A stretch of DNA of 64,000 nt from Neoconidiobolus thromboides FSU 785 (GCA_025603075.1 MU626343.1:1-64000), one strand, 5' to 3'; positions 28,960 to 41,943 are shown, counted from the first letter of the stretch. Notes: generated by a model from the sequence alone, not told the origin. Program-made: numbers and translations.

Positions 28960-29427
28960 TGTGAAATATGGTACTCAGTGTTTGGAGTCAAGAACAGCTA
29001 TTGCTGGGTTGACTACACTATAAGTCGAAAGGTCTTAGTTTATATGACTAAGATAGACTTGGTTTATGAGGAATAGCACGTAATAGGTTACAAGCTATAT
29101 AAGACAAATAGAATAAACAATACTAATGTAAAATCTAGGTAAAATATTATTAAGAAAACTTAGTGGCTTTGTTAAATGTTCGAGATATCAGGGAATAATT
29201 CAGTTGAAAAGCCTCGAACTACTATACCCTGTAAACTCTTTTATACTCTGAAAAGTATAAATATCAAAATGAGAAGATAATAAATATCCTTTGTGATGGA
29301 GCTAGAAATTCTCATAGCAAATCAAACTAAGAACATGGGATTGATTTTCTCTGAACTCAAGAACACAACAGCTTAGGCGATTGTTATGCTATAATTAACC
29401 ATAGGACTGACAAAGCGATATTTCACA
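28960..29427 (+). mobile_element. Solo LTR, 468 bp
   Basis: TGTGAAAT...ATTTCACA inverted termini, TATATAA followed by AATAAA; flanks CTAA/CTGA (3 of 4 match). Confidence 0.88.
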
Positions 29428-29967
29428 CTGATTAGGTTAGATCATATAGTATTAAACAGTTAGCCTTGTCTAAAGATAAAAAATTTTATATCCAAGATAT
29501 TCAATGAGCGTAAAACCAAAAAACGTTGATTTACTAGAAGATAATATGGAGATGTCCAAATTGATTTCGCTTCTTATCTAATTTTTAGATATTTTATATT
29601 TTATATTTTAAAGCTCCTTAAAATTCTGTAAAAATATTTTTCATTAAAAAGCAAGTACCTGATAGTTTTGAATTATTTTATGATTTATATTGTGAGTTAG
29701 CAGAATTTTTATTAAATTTAATGAAAATCCCTATATTGACAAGGCTTTTATCAATATAACCTATATATTCATGTTAATTAAAGCTATAGTATATAAATGA
29801 ATGAATATTTTTATTGTTAACTACTTTGTAACTAGTATTTCAAATTTATTATTAAATAAATAAACTATCTTAATGCTACAATTACATTACTAACATACTA
29901 TTAAATTAATAAATAGCTGCATCAAAGGGAGTAGTTAGCTTCAGAACTATAATCAAACATCTTTATC

Positions 29968-30122
29968 TAATGGGGATGCATTTTTAAGTTTAGCAATTTT
30001 ATTAGCAATTTTTCCACTTAAATAGCGCTTAAAAGATATTAAATCTTAATAAAAAAAATAACAATGAACATTTATCAGATAATATACATGGGAATGATTT
30101 TTTTGGTTTCATTACTTTTTCT
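29968..30122. mobile_element. MITE copy split by a micro-inversion
   Basis: 5' 70 bp in + orientation (29968-30037); the missing 3' ~36 bp are present inverted at 30086-30122. Confidence 0.75.
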
Positions 30123-30299
30123 AAGGTAACTAAATTATTAAATAAATATTATGTAATGATTTTAAGTTATTTATTTTTAATTTTTTTGTATTTTTAGTAA
30201 CAGATTGTAATGCTGATATTTTGTTATTGTTAATATTTTGAATAGTTACATTGACTTCTACCTATATTAAATCTAAAACTTTTATATTTACTAAAAAAA

Positions 30300-30405
30300 A
30301 TATAGAGGTGTTTTTTTTAAATTTATCACTATTTCCATTTTTTAAGCACTATTTAAGTGGAAAATTGATAATAAAATTTTTAAACAAAAAAATATATCCT
30401 CATAT
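30300..30405 (-). mobile_element. ~98-bp MITE copy
   Basis: Full-length, degenerate; flanks ATAT/ATAT. Confidence 0.85.
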
Positions 30406-30544
30406 ACTAAAACTATAACTGATAATAATGCTACTTATTAGCCTTTGTTTCCCTTTTCCTTTAAAGCATTAATCTTATGCGTTATTTAATTAAGTTTACT
30501 ATCAATGATAATAAAATTAATAAAATTAACAAAATTTTACAAGC

Positions 30545-31008
30545 TGTGAAATATCGCTTTGTCAGTCCCATGGTTAATTATAGCATAACAATTTCCTAAG
30601 TTGTTGTGTTCTCGAGCTCAGAGGAAATCAATCCCACGTTCTTATTTTGATTTGTTATGAGAATTTCTAGTTCCATCCCAAAGAATATTATCTTCTCATT
30701 TTGATATTTATACTTTTCAGAGTATAAAAGAGTTTACAGAGTATAATAGTTCGAGGCTTTTCAACTGAATTATTCCCTGATATCTCGAACATTTAACAAA
30801 GCCACTAAGTTTTCTTAATAATATTCTACCTAGATTTTACATTAGTATTGTTTATTCTATTTGTCTTATATAGCTTGTAACCTATTACGTGCTATTCCTC
30901 ATAAACCAAGTCTATCTTAGTCATATAAACTAAGACCTTTCGACTTATAGTGTAGTCAACCCAGCAATAGCTGTTCTTGACTCCAAACCCTGAGTACCAG
31001 ATTTCACA
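30545..31008 (-). mobile_element. Solo LTR, 464 bp, with 4-bp target duplication
   Basis: Reverse complement of the 28960 copy; flanks AAGC/AAGC. Confidence 0.9.
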
Positions 31009-31188
31009 AAGCCTTAGATTAATATAAATAGTTGCTAAAATTGATACAAATAGACTCCAATGTTTATATAGTATGCTTTTACTTATTGTATTGATTTTTA
31101 AAAATTCTGTTTTAAAGTTTAGCTATAAATGCTTGAATTTTGTCTTTATTTTAATAAAAAGTAAAATCAAACCATACCTCTATATATT

Positions 31189-31295
31189 ATATGGGGATGT
31201 CTTTTTTTGCTTCATTACTTTTTCCATCTTTTAAGCGCTGTTTACATGGAAAAATTGTTAGTAAAATTCCTAAATACAAAAATACATCCCCATAT
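31189..31295 (-). mobile_element. ~98-bp MITE copy
   Basis: Full-length; ends GGGGATGT...ACATCCCC; flanks ATAT/ATAT. Confidence 0.92.
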
Positions 31296-31338
31296 ATTGT
31301 ATGTCTATTAAACATTTAATAAAAATAAAATAATAAAA

Positions 31339-31573
31339 ATAAGTCTTTTAAGTTGAACTTTTCTAATTTCAAGCTTTCAAATCAATCATATGGGGATGCT
31401 TTTTTTAGTTTAATTACTTTTTCCATCTTTTAAGCACTATTTGAGTGGAAAGACTGTTGGTAGAAATTTTAAACACAAAAATATACTCCCATATATTAAA
31501 GACTTACAAATTTAAAAACTTAAAATTTGGTTAATTCAAGTAAATTCTAAAACCAATTTCAACATCCCCATAC
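31339..31573. repeat. Second ~120-bp repeat family, here interrupted by a MITE
   Basis: 31339-31387 and 31495-31573 align to the reverse complement of 51206-51324; ends in CATCCCC like the MITE. Confidence 0.7.
31388..31494 (-). mobile_element. ~98-bp MITE copy (nested in second repeat)
   Basis: Full-length; flanks ATAT/ATAT. Confidence 0.92.
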
Positions 31574-32193
31574 TCAATCTTTTATTTATCGCAGCTCCAA
31601 TTTAAAATCTAAATATTGTTCTTTTATTTAATTTTTAACTTTTTAACTATTAAAGACTCCTTAAATTTTGTTCTACCTAAAAATACACAAAGTATTGGAA
31701 CGAAAACATTTTTATTATCAAACTAATATTGATAGCCTTGATATAATGATTTTATAATATCATAGTGCTCAGTATTAAAAGGTATAAAACTATAAAGCTA
31801 TAACTAGAGTTATAACAAAAATTCTCTAGTTTGTTTTGATTGAAATTCAGAATACCTAATAGTTTAAAAACATCTTATTTTGATCTACTTTTACTACAAT
31901 ACAATGAGATTCATTATGTTTTAATAAAAACAATATACGATTAAAAGTTTAATATTCTCAATACCCTATTAAAAGGGTCATAGAAAAAAATATAACCTAG
32001 AACATAACAAAACGATTTAACTAAATATAAAAATAATATATTTGTCAACTAATCATATATTAATAAATGACTAAATGTATCATTTTTTTCCAGCGTTATG
32101 AATACAGTGTTATTACGCTTAAAACAAATAAATCACTATTATGAAATGATATAAAGTTTATTTAAATATCGATTTGTTAGTAATCAATATCAA

Positions 32194-33512
32194 TTATTCG
32201 AAAAAGTGTGTTTCACTTGGTTCACGACCTCTAAGAGATTTAGGTTCGGTACCTGGAACATAAATATCCTTCCAGAAACCATCTAAGTTAGGTTCAGCAG
32301 CATTCTTAGCTTGAACGGTAGCTTCATCAACTATAGCTCTAGCCTTCTTTTCGATTTGTTTAATTTCTTGTTCAGTTAAGATTTCATTTTCTAAGAGACG
32401 TTGTTTTAAACCTTGAATTGGATCAGAATTGGATCTCATATTTTGAATTTCTTCACGGGTACGATAAGTAGTGCCTGGATCAGACATAGAATGGCCACCA
32501 TAACGATAAGTGACCATTTCCATAACTAATGGTCCGTTACCATTAGAAGCATATTCTTTAGCAAATCTACAAGCTTCTTTAACAGCTAATACATCCATAC
32601 CATTGACCTTTAATCCTGGGATATAATCACCACGTTTAAAGTATTCAGTAGAAGCAGAAGAACGATTAGCTGCAGTACCCATACCATATTTATTGTTTTC
32701 ACAAACAAAGATACATGGTAAGTTCCATAATTTAGCCATATTGTAAGCTTCAAATACTTGACCTTGATTGGAAGCACCATCTCCATACATAGCAAAAGTA
32801 ACATTTTTACTGCCTTGATACCATTGACCAAAAGCCAAACCAGCTCCAACTGGTACTTGGGCTCCTACAATACCATTACCTCCATAAAAGTTTTTGGCAA
32901 ACATATGCATAGATCCTCCTTTACCATAAGAAATACCTTCAACACGACCTAAAATAACGGGTTATTAAAAAATTCAAGGTTAATTTAAAAAAATTACCAA
33001 GTAATTCAGCTAAAATGGATTTAATAGAACCACCACGAGTATAAGTATAACCGTGACAACGATATGCAGTAATAATACGGTCTTCTTTTTCAATAGCTGA
33101 TTCCATACCACTTGCAACGGCTTCCTAAAAAGTTTCGATATTAATATTTAATAAAATAAATTTTTACTCCTCGACTTACTTGACCAGTGCAAAGATGGCA
33201 GAAACCACGAATTAATTTACTTTTATATAAAGCATCAGCAGCCATTTCCATTCTACGTACTTCAACCATCTCTTGATATAAACGAATTAACTCTTCTTTT
33301 TCAACTGAAATTTCTAAGTTTGGTCCTTCATTTAATTTGAAAGTTTCGAAAGAGGTTTGTGGTAATGAAATCTTGACAGCTTCAGCAGACCTTAAACTGG
33401 TACTGAATGTACGTAAGTTCTAAATTGTTTGTTAGTTTTTGGGATTTTTTGAGATTTAAGATCTTACCTTGGTAGCAACGGTCTTTAAACTGGCTTTATA
33501 AAGGTGAAACAT
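32194..33512 (-). CDS. PDA1: Pyruvate dehydrogenase E1 alpha subunit, mitochondrial (multi-exon)
   Basis: LIRGFCHL, ITAYRCHG, GKGGSMHM, FYGGNGIVGAQVP, YGDGASNQGQ, TYRYGGHSMSDPG; N-terminal presequence MFHLYKASLKTVATK. Confidence 0.97.
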
Positions 33513-33700
33513 TCTTTTTATAAAACTTCTAATTAGACGGTATTACTATTTATCCTTATCACTGTTAGTATCAAATATTACCTTTATAAATTTTAAAAAA
33601 TTTCAAAGATTGTTATCGATTGATAAAAAATTTCGAAGTTCAATTTATAACACTGAGCGTGGGTATTTTTTACAAGCTTTGATTTGTCATTATTTTAAAA

Positions 33701-33710
33701 TAACCAATCA
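33701..33710 (+). promoter_or_regulatory. CCAAT box upstream of PDA1
   Basis: TAACCAATCA about 190 bp before the ATG. Confidence 0.5.
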
Positions 33711-34146
33711 CTTTGTATTGCTTTTGGTTTTGATTACCTATCTTTCTTACAAAAAATTTTGAGTCTCTCCCATAATTTAATCACACCTTAATCTTATTCC
33801 TATTTATCCCTGATTTATTATTTGATAAATAAACTCTGATTATAATATTAAGGGCTTAAGATTATAATATTACTTTTAAATATAACTTATTAGGAAAAGA
33901 AGCTTCTTTAGATTGATACTTAATTGGTATATAAAAGATGATAATAAAACTATTATTTAAATATCTAACTTTTTACTAATTGGCTTTGGACAAGCTCTAT
34001 TTTGATTCCTCTTTGAATTTGAAACTTATACATATCATTAGAAAGCATAACGTTAGTATATATCTCCTAATTTTGAAGTTCCTATTTAATTTCATTTTTG
34101 ATCATTTCGTTAGAGTTGATATTATACTAGTTAATAATTAATGAAT

Positions 34147-34252
34147 ATGTGGGGATGTCTCTTTTTGTTTAGGAAATTTACTAACATCTTTTCCACTCAA
34201 TAGTACTTGAAAAGATGGAAAGATAATGAGCCCAAAAAAAAACACCTCATAA
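34147..34252 (+). mobile_element. ~98-bp MITE copy, degenerate
   Basis: Full-length; flanks ATGT/ATAA. Confidence 0.82.
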
Positions 34253-34754
34253 AATTAAATATAGTATATACAGTTATGAAATAAAATAGCATGAATACAA
34301 ACCAGAAAATAATTTAAATATTTTTCAAGTCTATTTCAATTATTTACTAATAATTTAGTAAACAGAGTATATCTGGTTTAATCTAAAAAAAGCAGTGATT
34401 TTTAAAATTAGTTATTTAGTTGGTTAATTTCTTAAAGCTTGCCTGCTTAAAAAAACTGATTTACATTGGTATTTGTAATCTAAATTGGAAGATTATTTAT
34501 AAACAAATATAAGTGATATATTGCCATTATTATTGTTATTATTACCTTAATGCCCTATTCTTATATTAATAATATTAAGCTACTATTTATTAAAAGCATA
34601 CTAAAGTAAAAAACGTTAATTATATAATTCTAAAATAAGAGAAAGCTAAAACATTATTTATAAACTTCTAATAATAAATTAATAACTAATATTTAAATTT
34701 TGTAAAATAAATAAATAGCACTACAATATAAATTTTATCTAAAAATAAATTAGC

Positions 34755-34855
34755 TTATGGGGATGTATTCTTTTTGAGAATTTTACTAACAACTTTCTGC
34801 TTAAATAGCGCTTAAAAAACGGAAAAACTGATGAAATAAAAAAACATCCTCATAC
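34755..34855 (+). mobile_element. ~98-bp MITE copy, degenerate
   Basis: Near full-length; flanks TTAT/ATAC. Confidence 0.82.
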
Positions 34856-34866
34856 CTTGATTTCAT

Positions 34867-34977
34867 TTAACCCCTCTGAGTACTAAAGCCTCAAAGAAGC
34901 TTTCTGATTGGACTACGATTTCTAATCAATTTCATACTGTTAGGTTAATTTCTGAAACTCAATTCTTAAAGGGTTAA
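34867..34977 (+). mobile_element. Putative piggyBac-like miniature element (TTAA-CCC...GGG-TTAA)
   Basis: 103-bp core bounded by TTAA|CCC and GGG|TTAA; a diverged inverted copy lies at 48220-48333. Confidence 0.5.
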
Positions 34978-35267
34978 GTTGATTTAAAACATGTGGGCAA
35001 TGTTTGTCCATGGTACTTAAGTGCCTAGAAAACATTACCGATCTCTAGCCTTTCTACTATAGCGTTAAAAAATAAATTATAGAATCGTTTTATAAGAAAT
35101 TCAAAAAAATTGTACATTTGTTCGTTGTTATCATGACTGTTCAAAGACTTCATAATTTTTTCTACCTTGTGACAAGCTGATTTTTGATCTACTACAATTA
35201 AGTTTATCATAAAATTAAAATTTTAATTAATAGTTTAAAAGTTTATTGATGTTTTGAGACTGCTGTC

Positions 35268-36185
35268 ATGTCAATATTCAACTTTTTATTTTTAGTGATA
35301 TTTAACTTGTATTTAATCACCAGCTTAAAGTCTTATGATCTAAGAAATGACTTAGCTAGCTTAGAGAACCGATATGGCCTAAATTTACCACCAGGAAGTC
35401 GGATAGTGTATGGAGAGATAGCAGAAGAACCTGATCAATATCATTTTATTATGGCAATTGCCATTGGACTGCTTCCAGACAGCGTAATCTGTGGAGGTAC
35501 TTTGATTAATCCATATACCATAGTAACCGCAGCACATTGTAACAAAACATTTGGGTTTCAGGGTTTAATTGCTTTTCAATCAATCTATGACTTTGATGAT
35601 CCAGAACAGGTTAGAAGAGGGAGCAGATATAATATTATCAATTTTATTCAACATCCAAATTATGACCCAGAGCTGGGTGTTAATGATAGTAAATGCTAAG
35701 TTATCTTATTTTGGTAATTTTTTATTAACCTCTTTTCTTAAGTTGCAGTACTACGACTGAATAGACCTGCCAGGGTTAAGGCTCCAGTCATGTTTGATGA
35801 TGGTACCATAGCAAACGATTTTTTACATAAAGTAAGGGTTGTTGGATGGGGTTTCTATGAAGTTGGAAGGAGAGTATCTAGTAGGGTGTTGAGGAGAGCA
35901 GATTTACAAATAACTGATAACAGGATGTGCCAACTTTATATGAAAACTCTGTTAGGTGAATTTGTAAGTGAAGACAAACATGTATGTGCTTTAAAAATCG
36001 GTGGTCAAACTGATTCTTGTCAAGGAGATAGTGGCGGTCCTCTTTTAGCTCGAGTTTGTGGAGAGTGGATTGTGGTTGGAATTGTTTCTTTCGGTTATCA
36101 GTGTGGATTAGCTACAGTACCCGGTGTATATACTAAGGTTGGCGCTTTTTTGGATTTTATTAGACAATATACGTTTTATAGATAG
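35268..36185 (+). CDS. Secreted trypsin-like serine protease (S1A), 2 exons
   Basis: Signal peptide, GSR|IVYGE activation site, TAAHC, spliced DIAVLRL, DSCQGDSGGP (Asp in S1 pocket), PGVYTKV. Confidence 0.93.
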
Positions 36186-37097
36186 AAGAGTGTCTAATAA
36201 TAATCAAGTTAATAATTTTATAGTTCATTAGTGTAAACACAAATCAGCTAAAACACGTGGTTTTCCTATATACTTCAATCGAGTTCAACGAATACTATAT
36301 AACAATAATCCCAAGTTTTTCTGATTTTATTCAAATTATAAATTTACCACATTCTGTATGATATGCAACTGGTTTAGAAATTTGACAAATTTAAGATGGA
36401 CCAATTTCAACAAAATTAGCTTAAAATTAAAAGTTTTATCAATGGTCTTTTCAATTTTTATGCTTAAAAATAAACAAAGTATAAGATAAATATTCATAAT
36501 CTTTTGCATATAAAATATTCAATAATTTATATTGATTCCAAAATAACTAAGTTTATTAGAATTAATACTATATGCTAGTAAATTTATTTTATTCTTCATA
36601 ATCATACAGATGATTCTCACTTTAAATTGAAAATGAGTAGTAATAATTTTCAAAATTAGCCATTTAGTATTTTTTTAAAGTTTACTGCTAAAAAATCAGC
36701 GGTTTACATTAAAGTTTATAATCCTAAACTAGAAGGCTATTTATAAATGAATCTAATCTGGTATGCTACCACTTTAATTATTACTATTGCTAGTATCTTT
36801 TTGTATTTATAATTTTAAAAGAAAGCTATAACGTTTGAGAATTTTTGATTTTCACATTCTAAATTTGATAGTATAAAAAGGAATTCGACTCATCAGTAAA
36901 ATTATGAAAATTAACAACAAGCTTAAATCAATTTACAAACTGTCTTATTAAAATCTGACAAAAATTAGTGATTAAAAATTTTGGTCAAATTTTACTAGTG
37001 TTTTGACCCTATTTTTTAAAATAAAAACATTATTTTTAGTTTTAGGTGAACCAGCTTTAATTATTCTCATTTTTGTTCCTGTTTTAATTATTTTAAA

Positions 37098-37200
37098 ATT
37101 TGAGAATGTTCTTTGACTTCATCGCTTTTTCCATTTTTAAGCGCTATTTGATGGAAAGAGTATCAGTAAACTTATTAAACGAAAAAATATATTCTCATCT
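37098..37200 (-). mobile_element. ~98-bp MITE copy, degenerate
   Basis: GACTTCATCGCTTTTTCCATTTTTAAGCGCTATTTG core; flanks ATTT/ATCT. Confidence 0.78.
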
Positions 37201-38243
37201 AAAAAATCAAATTATATATTTTTATTAACAAAATCTTCAATGATTTGACATTTGGCTTTGAATTTGAATTACACAAATTGTTATTAATTTTTTTCAACTA
37301 TGACCATAAACAAAAATATATTTTAAATACTACAAGTTTAAAGTTTTTCCAATAACTATATAAAGCAGTGTTTTGTTTAAAAATTAGCTAAATATTTTTT
37401 AAAATTTTAAACTGAAGAATAAGAGTAAGCAAAAATAAAGTATAAAAAGATTCTTATATTATACTTTATACATTGTTGTCTCCTAAAATCAAAATAGATA
37501 TTTGATAATTAAATAAAAAAGTAATAAACTTAATACTCTTAATGTATAAGAAACGTTTTAAACCATTTTTAAGTATTGTGACATATTTGTTTCAATGATA
37601 TTTATTAATTAAGGGTTTAAGCTTTGGTAGTACGGTTATCTTGTTCAGTCAAAAGTTGTGAATTAAAGTACATAAATTTCATATATCAATTATCCATACA
37701 TGATATATGGATATGTAAATTTTATGTGTAAGCAAATGGCTTTAATATTTTTGAAGCTTCCTTGGTGGTAACTGCTTTATAATTAAACATTACGGGATTT
37801 ATAGTGCTTGATATGGCTTAATGTTTTCAGCAAAAGTAGTAGTAATATTGCTTGCTTATAGCATGTTTTTTAGGAGCTTTGGTAGAGCATTAATTTATGA
37901 TTTTTTATTATATAAACATGGTTGAAATTACAACTATGTAAACCGTCTTTAAAGATCACTCATTGCTACTACTTTTATCATATAAAGTCATTGTCATGTA
38001 TTGTGATTAATCGGTATTATTTTTTTAAACAAAATAACTATTTTTTATAATTTTATAGCATTTTTATACTACTTTTTACTTTTTAAAGTGCTACAGTTTT
38101 TTAAATTTTTAAAACTCATTTATTATCCAAAAATAGCAACTTAATTTTTGATCTACTACTATTATGTTTATCACTAAATTAAACAAAAATTTAAAGAGAT
38201 ACAATTAAAATTTTATTTATTTATATTCGAAATATTAACTATC

Positions 38244-39160
38244 ATGTCAATATTCAATCTATTATTCCTAACAATAGTAAATCTACAACTAATCACCAGT
38301 TTAAAGTCTTATGATCTAAGAGCGGATTTAGCCAATTTAGAGAACCGATATGGTCTAAATTTACCATCAGGGAGTAGAATTGTAAACGGAGAGATAGCAG
38401 AAGAGCCAGAGCAATATCATTTTATCATGGCTATATCTACCGATCTATTACCAGGTTTCGTAATCTGTGGCGGTACTTTGATTAATCCATATACCATAGT
38501 AACCGCATCTCATTGTAACAAAACAATTGGATTTCAGGGTTTAATTGCGTATCAATCTGTTTATGACTTTGATGATGAAGAACAATTTAACAAAGGGACA
38601 AAATTTAACATTATTGATTTTATTCAACATCCAAAATATGATCCAGAGTTATATATTAATGATAGTAAGAATTAATTTAAATTGTTTAATAGCTTTTTGT
38701 TAATATTTTTTTCTTAGTTGCTGTGTTAAGACTAGATAAGCCTGCTAAGGTTAAAGCCCCAATTAAGTTTGATGATGGTACTATTGCAAACGATTTTTTG
38801 CATAAAGTAAGAGTAATAGGATGGGGCTTGTATGGAGCTGGGAATACGGAAACCAGTAGAGTGTTAAGAAGGGCCGACTTACAAATAAGTGATAGCAAGT
38901 TATGTCAAATATATATGAAATCTTTATTAGATATTTATATAAGTGAAGAAAAGCACATTTGTGCTTTAAAAATTGGTGGACAAGCTGATTCTTGCCAGGG
39001 AGATAGTGGTGGTCCCCTTATATCACGAGTTTGTGGTGAATGGGTTTTGGTTGGAGTTGTTTCTTTTGGTTATGAGTGTGGGTTAGCTACAGCACCTGGT
39101 ATTTATACTAAAGTTGGCAATTACTTGGATTTTATTAAAGAAAACACTTTTTATAAATAA
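38244..39160 (+). CDS. Secreted trypsin-like serine protease (S1A), tandem paralogue, 2 exons
   Basis: GSR|IVNGE, TASHC, spliced DIAVLRL, DSCQGDSGGP; same intron position as the 35268 gene. Confidence 0.93.
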
Positions 39161-39285
39161 ATATATAGGGTTATAGCCAATTTAATCATTTTAAATATAA
39201 ATTTCATTTATTCAATAAGCAAATATTTTTTAAAATTTATAAATAGTAAACATAAAATAGAAATAAAAAACAAACAGGAATTAAA

Positions 39286-40331
39286 TTAATTAACTTCAGT
39301 TACGACTGGTTGGCCTATCCCACTTTCTGGATTTTGAAGTAAGTCACTTTGCTGCTTACGAAGTCGTACATACTCCATACTGCATTTAACAATTATAAGG
39401 AACCCTAACAACATCAATATATAAGCAAACCAGACTGTTGTTGCTGGTAGTATACCATCAATAGCAAAGAGATCATTGATTTCCTTTTTATCCTGTTCCC
39501 CAATTAACTCTAAGTTGCTATTATAATATATTGCTTGAATCTCAAATCCTTGATTTAACAGTGTAATACCTAATCCTATCAAAGAACCAAGCTAAAAATA
39601 CAATCAATAAAAAATAACAAAAACAATATTATTAACTTACTCTTCCTGCATGGTTAATATGTAAAAAGTAAGTTATCACAAAACCAATATAATGAAATAA
39701 AGATGAAATAAATGCATTCCAAACAAATGATACTAGCCCTCCAACTGGTAACCCTTCTACCAAAAGATCATCAATATCTAAGGCACTTAAAGTACGCGCA
39801 TGTCCAGTACTTTCATCAAAACAAGGCGGTGCTGGTTCTTGCATCACTGTATCATAGCCTGGAAGTTGACCATTTGATTCTGTTTCTCCGTCCCACTCAT
39901 TTGGAGGTAACAAAGGTGGAGGAGGCAAACTATTACTATTACCATCTCCGCGATTAGGTTCTGTACTAGGTTTTGCACTTAAATTGGCAAATACACCATC
40001 ATTAATAGCACCCATTGTGGGCGGTAAACGTATTACGTTTTCTGGTTTTTCTTCGTTATTGTCAATATTATTATCATTATTTTCTATTCTTGTTTCCGTC
40101 CTTTCTACTGAAACTTCTTCTTGAGTTTGCTTCTTTTCTTCCTCTCCTTCCTCCTCTTCCTCTTCTTCATTTATTCGAAATGCATCAGATAATGGATGCT
40201 CAATCAAAGAACTACTTTGAGTAGCTTCAGTTTCATTTGAATCTATATCATTAGAGTTTAACTAAAAAAGTGATTAAACCATTGCTTTTATTTTAAGAAA
40301 CATTAACACTTACTTTTTGATAACTTGCCAT
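39286..40331 (-). CDS. BSD2-like (DUF2370) membrane adaptor protein, 3 exons
   Basis: NDGVFANLSAKP, LPGYD (PY-like motif), GLPVG...FVWNAFISSLFHYIGFVITYFLHINHAGR spliced to LGSLIGLGITL; C-terminal TM helix. Confidence 0.85.
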
Positions 40332-40620
40332 GACTTTATGTATTATTTAATTATTAAATAAAACGATAGAATATTAAGTGAATTTTTAAATTGTTGAAAA
40401 AATTATTTTCAATTAATAAATTAAGATTAACTTTGCATGACAATCAATGGAACAGCATTAGTCAGATTGTGTTTTTTAATTGGTCGATACCCTTGCGTCA
40501 ACCAATTAATTGGGGTTTTTTCTATATCCACCGCTCAAATCAGTGAACTAGATCACAGATAAAGTAACCTTTAATGGTTTAGATATGAAATAATTTTGAT
40601 CTTTAGTTGTTTAATTGGTG

Positions 40621-40664
40621 GCTTAACTTGACTCAACTTGGCCTAACTTGGCTTAACTTGGCTT
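40621..40664. repeat. 10-bp tandem repeat (GCTTAACTTG x ~4.4)
   Basis: Units gcttaacttg/actcaacttg/gcctaacttg/gcttaacttg/gctt read directly. Confidence 0.85.
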
Positions 40665-41943
40665 TGTTCTTTAAACTTCAAATAAATTCATCGAATGTTG
40701 TGGAAATAGCTAGTAGCGCTAAAAAGTGCTACTAGTGTGAAAATTGTCTTCAAAACAATATATACAATAAACTTCTTTCTATCATTATTATTATTTTAAA
40801 ATAAGAAAGAACTATATAGATTAGTAGGTTTGAGAAATGACTAATGGTGGAAACATAATTTTTATGTTTGATTTGGGTTTATATTTGTTAATTTATACGG
40901 TAATATTTTTCGTTTCATTTTTTGTCCATTTCTAATGTAGCGTGAAATTAGAAAATTATTAGACGAATGCTTAGACAAAAACACGGCCATTTGGCTTTTT
41001 CAATTAATCAAAAACCAATCATCATAGTTCAATATTTGTTTATTTTATAATTTTTATATGAAAACTGACGAAAAGTATGCTTTGGGTTTAAGTTGATTCA
41101 TATAAAAGCAATTCTTCAGCTATGTCTTTATCATTTTCTTTTTTGCCAGCGGACTTTTCTCAACTTATTTCAAAATGCTTTTATAAAAGTTACATATTTC
41201 TTCAACATTAATTGAGATCATAAGTTACATGTCCATTATTACTTTTTATTAATAGGATTCTGTTTAATCTAAAGTGGTGCAAAATCATTATTGAATTTTT
41301 TGTTTCAATATAGTCATTAAATTTATATTTCAAATATATCAATTACGTCCACATAACAAAATGTTACCGTTCACTATGTTTACAACAAAAAAATTCATTT
41401 TTTTATTCAAGTTTATTATACACTATCGAATTCAAATACAAATAACTCTTAAAAGGTTCAAAACACTCTGATAAATATGCAAAGATTTCGCTATGAGTAT
41501 TTAGTAAGCACTACAAGCACATAGTCAGAGTTACATTAGGACATACCTTTAAATTGTGTCTACTAATGTTTTAACGTTTATTAGTTTTAACTTGAAATGC
41601 TTGTTAATGGTAATTAGCCTCTTATATATTTAATGTTAACATAATATTAAAATAAAAGTTTTATAGAAAAAATGATACTAAGAGTTTAACCAATTATAAC
41701 AATTAACTCAAGTTGTTGAATTATTTGGAAAATATAAAACAATGAGGAAAAAGTAAATACTATTGATTCTACACTAAATCATTGGTAGATACTTTTTCAT
41801 CTTCAGTCGTTACTTTATCATCTCATATCTAAATCATACAAATTAGAGTTTGAATATATTTTTTAATTATCTCAATATAAAACAGGTAAAGTGAAGGTGC
41901 AGTCCACCCTAATGACTTAGTCATCTAATCTCATTCCTATTAG

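Noticed and set aside
28960-31008. Single element with 465-bp terminal inverted repeats
   Set aside because: Each arm has its own TG...CA ends, one has a perfect 4-bp duplication, and a third copy exists at 402; these are separate LTRs.
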